Origin: Lingula anatina
Taxonomy: Eukaryota > Animalia > Brachiopoda
Direction of reading: 5' to 3'
DNA: 64,000 nt
Assembly: GCA_051362555.1 (NCBI GenBank)
Contig: CM120641.1
Coordinates: 22,630,001-22,694,000 of the forward strand
Positions 60,038-64,000 of this stretch are shown piece by piece. Under the pieces are notes generated by a model that made no database searches, was not told where the DNA came from, and saw only the letters and a program-made list of their open reading frames with translations. The position numbers and the translations under genes were made by a program. Each line of letters starts with the position of its first letter. The first letter of the stretch is position 1.

Positions 60038-62567
60038 ATATTACTTCCCAAGCATCTCTAAAGCCTAGCACGGTTCAACTTCATCACATTTTACATAAAT
60101 ACCAGGTTTGTCCTTACTGACGATGTTAATCTGATTTTCATGTTTTAAGTGCTGTATGGTTTTCTCATGTCTAACAATATTGAAACCATAAATGTAAATA
60201 CTGATGTTATACAATGAAATCACGTTTTCTCTCACAAAACAATTTGGGCAGCCTGGCATTAAGTGTCAAGTGCTTTCATGGAAAACCGGCCTCTCATTCA
60301 TTTTACATTGAAGTTTACAGGCAAACCGTTTACGGTAAAAAGATATGATCATACTTACATAAGCTTATGTACAAAGCAACATTATATATCTATCTATACA
60401 AACATAACTTGTACAATGTACACTGTCAAAAGCTCAAAACCAGCGATATGAATATAAAAAAGAATACGAAAACAATTCAAATCTACATAAAATATATGTA
60501 CACAAAACCTTTATAAGGGACTTGGCATAACCACTCTTTGTAAATATGACATTTACCTAACTTTAGCCAGCCAGTGGCAAAGCGTGGTGTATCTTAACTA
60601 AAATCCTTTGGAAGAAAATTATTTGATCTATCATAATCATCCCATAAAAAGATGTAATGCCATACGGATTCATCTTCCTTAGCTAGGGAGAGAGTTTTTT
60701 ATATTTAACACTGAAACTGTCTGTACATGATAACACAGGCAGCAAAAGACGGTGAATACATAAAAAGCTGAATTAAATCAGTCTCTAAAGCTGGGATTGC
60801 CTGTATTTGATGTGCAAGTCAAGAACAGCCTTTCTGTAATATGTATACATACCACGAGAAAGACCATACTTAAATGTGCCCCATCTAGGCATCTTATTTA
60901 ACCAACCAATCTATGAAACTTGTCTAAATATAACCTTAACATAGTTTTTGTCTTCCAAGTGTCAAAAACTCAAACCAAAACTATTACAGTTTAAAATAAA
61001 TGGGTGTTTAAACCTTTTAAAACCCTAATTGCTGTGATGGGGTTTTAAAAATAATGCATCTACATGGCCTCTATCACTGCTGCTTTGTGTGCAACACTGA
61101 GCTGTGGAAGCAGGCAATATCAAAATATTGTTTCCAAAATATGACGCATTTCAAATACCAGACAGCAACCATCTTTCATCTCAAACAAGTACTTCAACAT
61201 CATGCTTTAAATGTTATGCCTTTGTAATAACATTCCTCATTTTTAAAAACAATACTTATATTGCCTAGTTTTATGAGCAGTTGAGGTTCTAGCCCAGCTG
61301 CTTATAAGCTAGCCATCTTTTGTGTACAAAAACCCGTTTTGACCTTGTTTTCTTAACTCCAAATTCAAAATATGGAACATCAGATATTGAAGAAATTGTC
61401 TACAAATATATCATTTTACCAGTTCTTTATACATAGAAAGAATAGAAAAGCTGTGCAAAAGTTTATATATGGTGGTGCTAGGCAATCAGATATGGATTTC
61501 ACTGGTAAATATCTCTTGGGCCAATATAAAAAAAAATTAGATAAAATAAAATAAATAAATAAATAAACAAACTAATTAAATACATAAACCAACAAACATA
61601 CTTGTAAGATAATGGACACATTTTGATTAAGAAAATTGCCGAATTCTTTTTTCCTTATTTGGACAAAATTTCCAAATCATGTTATTGTATGTTTGTGTCT
61701 AAGAATCCGAACTATTAATTTAATGATTCATAAGTTGATGCTCATGCATCTTTTTTTTCTCTTTTTACAAATAGTATTTTTATAATTATTTATCAGAAGA
61801 AGAGAAATATCTGAACCTTAGCCAGTGTTTTAAATTTTCACTTTCATAAAAACCACCAAAAGTTGGTAAATTATCTTTCCTCTGAAGAAATGTACATATT
61901 GCTTTAAGTCCAGAGAGTCCATCAGTATAGCGTCATAAATATACAGATCTACAAAAAAAATTAGAAAACTGACATAGAACAAGAAATGTATGGCAGGTGG
62001 TATTAGTGAAATCCATCTCACGTTAACTCCTCCTTGTCCTACATAGTGATTCCTCTCAATCCTGACGAACAGTGGTCAAATGTATAAACCTGTATGAATT
62101 ACCAAGTTTCAGTTGTGGTCGACTGTGTCCAGCAGGTGGCAGCACCATCCTGTGATCGTGAACAGGGCACTCTATCCAAGATATAGCTGTAAAAGGTCAC
62201 AGCATTCCTCATATTGATAGCAAGTGTCCACTGTCCACAGGTGTATTTATGTCAGGCTGCAGAAGACCGGTGCCCTGGTGCCACACCTTGGTTATTATAT
62301 GGACACTCTTTAAGTGCTTGATAATTCTGCTGAATAACTGAAACTCCAGAAATATCATCAGTAAACCTTCATGTATCTGGGAGCTGTTCGTGGATTCAGA
62401 ATGTTAACTTCAAAATCAAATTTTAAAGAGTAAGAATCAATATCAGGTGTATATCAGTTGGTGTATCTTTTAGTGTTCAATCTGGGGGGAAAGATTGCTG
62501 GAGTCAGTGCTGCCCTCGTTGTCCCCTTCAACCATAAGATGAACTCACTGTAAGATATCTAGGTCAG

Positions 62568-63939
62568 TCAGTCTCTAGGAATCATCTGGAACAGCCTGTA
62601 TCTGTGCCTGATCTGTGGCCTCACATCCTGGCCCTGAAAAGAAATTACTTATTTTTGGAATGGCCTGTATTTGCGTTTTATCTGCACACCCGCACTTCAA
62701 GCCAAATTGAGAAGAATACAGTTGAAAGTATTCGTCTAATTGATCTATTTTTGTACACAAGTTTATACTCTAAATGTTCTTTGGATTTGTGTTGAGGCAA
62801 TCAGAGGCATATTTTTTAAAAGTTAATATCTGTACTTTTTGGGGGTTTAATGAACAGGTATATGTAAATGGCATCAATGATCAAAATGCTAAAAAAAATG
62901 GTACAAATAATAAGTGTATCAGGACTGGCAGTCAGAGAACAGAGACAACTTACCATGACAACTAAATGCTCAAGAAAAGGTAACAACTTCATCAGCTCAC
63001 GGTCCTCTCTATCTACAAACCAACTTTCAATTGGGATGCCATTATCAAGCTGAAAGTAAAAATATCTTTAATGTAAAAATATCTTTAATGTATTACTTAA
63101 GAAAACATCTGAAGACAAAGAGTCAAAAATTTCAAGAAATGCAGCGATTTTTACTATTCTTTATTATTAATTAGTTATAGAGTTTAGATGACCACCTATT
63201 GTAAGAATCGCTCCATTTGGTAATTTATTGCCTGTGGATAGTTCTTCACTTAATATGATTTTTTTTTTCATTTACCAGGAAGCCAAATGCCTGTGGAGAG
63301 CTGTCCAATTATTATTGAAAACTGTACCTGGTAGCCAAATGGCTGTGGAGAGTTGTCCACTAATTACAAATATTGCTGTACCTGGTAACCAAATGTCAGT
63401 GGAGAGTTGTCCACTTATTATAAATATTACTGTACCTGGTAGCCAAATGCCTGTGGAGAGTTGTCCACTATGATGGTTTTGGTAAGATCTCTGCCCAGGA
63501 TGGATAAGTCTTTGATGTAATTCCCATTAACACAGACACAATGCTCTCGGAACAGACGATGTCTAAAAAAGGTTAACAAAGAGTTCAACAAAAGGACAAA
63601 TTACATAAAAAAATCCAGCTCTATCTTCAGGATCAAATTCCAACCCTATAATACACGTCAATCTGCTGATACAATGCATATACAATAAACTTGCTGTAAA
63701 TATGTAAACAAGAAAATTCTGACAAGATTAGAATACTTAGTCCATGTAAGGGATGTAATAATATAATATATTTTCACAGCAGAGTTTATTTCTCACCTGA
63801 TCAACTTTTTCTCTGGGTCAAGGAGATTCATCAGTTTATCAGCATATACTTTCTTTGAAGCAGTGAACAGTATAACTTCAAATATCTTAGAAACATGTTC
63901 CAAGAATTCTCGGAAGAAGGGCCGAGTCCTAACAAAGAC
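62568..63939 (-). CDS. CTDSPL2: CTD small phosphatase-like protein 2 (FCP/SCP family), last four exons; gene begins beyond window
   Basis: Exons 63797-63939, 63436-63562, 62954-63049 and 62568-62633. [14 protein letters not shown]...[39 protein letters not shown]...[22 protein letters not shown]...[21 protein letters not shown]. Confidence 0.92.
63227..63470 (-). repeat. Minisatellite (54-bp unit, about 4.5 copies) made of the CTDSPL2 exon end plus splice donor
   Basis: GTGGACAACTCTCCACAGGCATTTGGCTACCAG|gtacag is repeated, with donors after 63436, 63382, 63328 and 63276 (spacings 54, 54, 52). Confidence 0.9.
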
Positions 63940-64000
63940 CTATCATAGTAAAAACAAATTAATATTTAAAATAAAGGAAGTTCTCCCTCCTCTTATCATG

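Noticed and set aside
63228-63473. Plus-strand ORF with VPGSQMxVESCPL repeats
   Set aside because: It is the antisense reading of the 54-bp CTDSPL2 exon/donor minisatellite.

Overview
AT-rich, intron-containing animal genomic DNA. The repeat style suggests a lophotrochozoan, possibly a mollusc (inference). Gene content from left to right: (1) the last three coding exons of DNA topoisomerase II (+); (2) three tandem, complete four-exon FABP/intracellular lipid-binding protein paralogs (+), with a TA-flanked MITE between copies 1 and 2; (3) a complete 24-exon trifunctional C1-THF synthase MTHFD1 (-, about 933 aa), with a 3-kb Helentron/HINE-like element in one intron whose 146-bp tandem array carries 11 perfect AGGTCA-A-AGGTCA (DR1) sites; (4) an atypical glypican (-, about 550 aa); (5) two tandem, complete ten-exon sulfide:quinone oxidoreductase (SQOR) genes (-), one with a GC-AG intron and the other with a 3.8-kb foldback TIR element with a 6-bp TSD; (6) the last four exons of CTDSPL2 (-). 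The glypican has a coiled-coil first exon and stops directly after its SGSGSG heparan-sulfate motif with no visible GPI signal. Two genes also carry minisatellites made of duplicated exon-end plus splice donor. All gene models were assembled by eye from splice signals, frame continuity and remembered family motifs; no database search was run.
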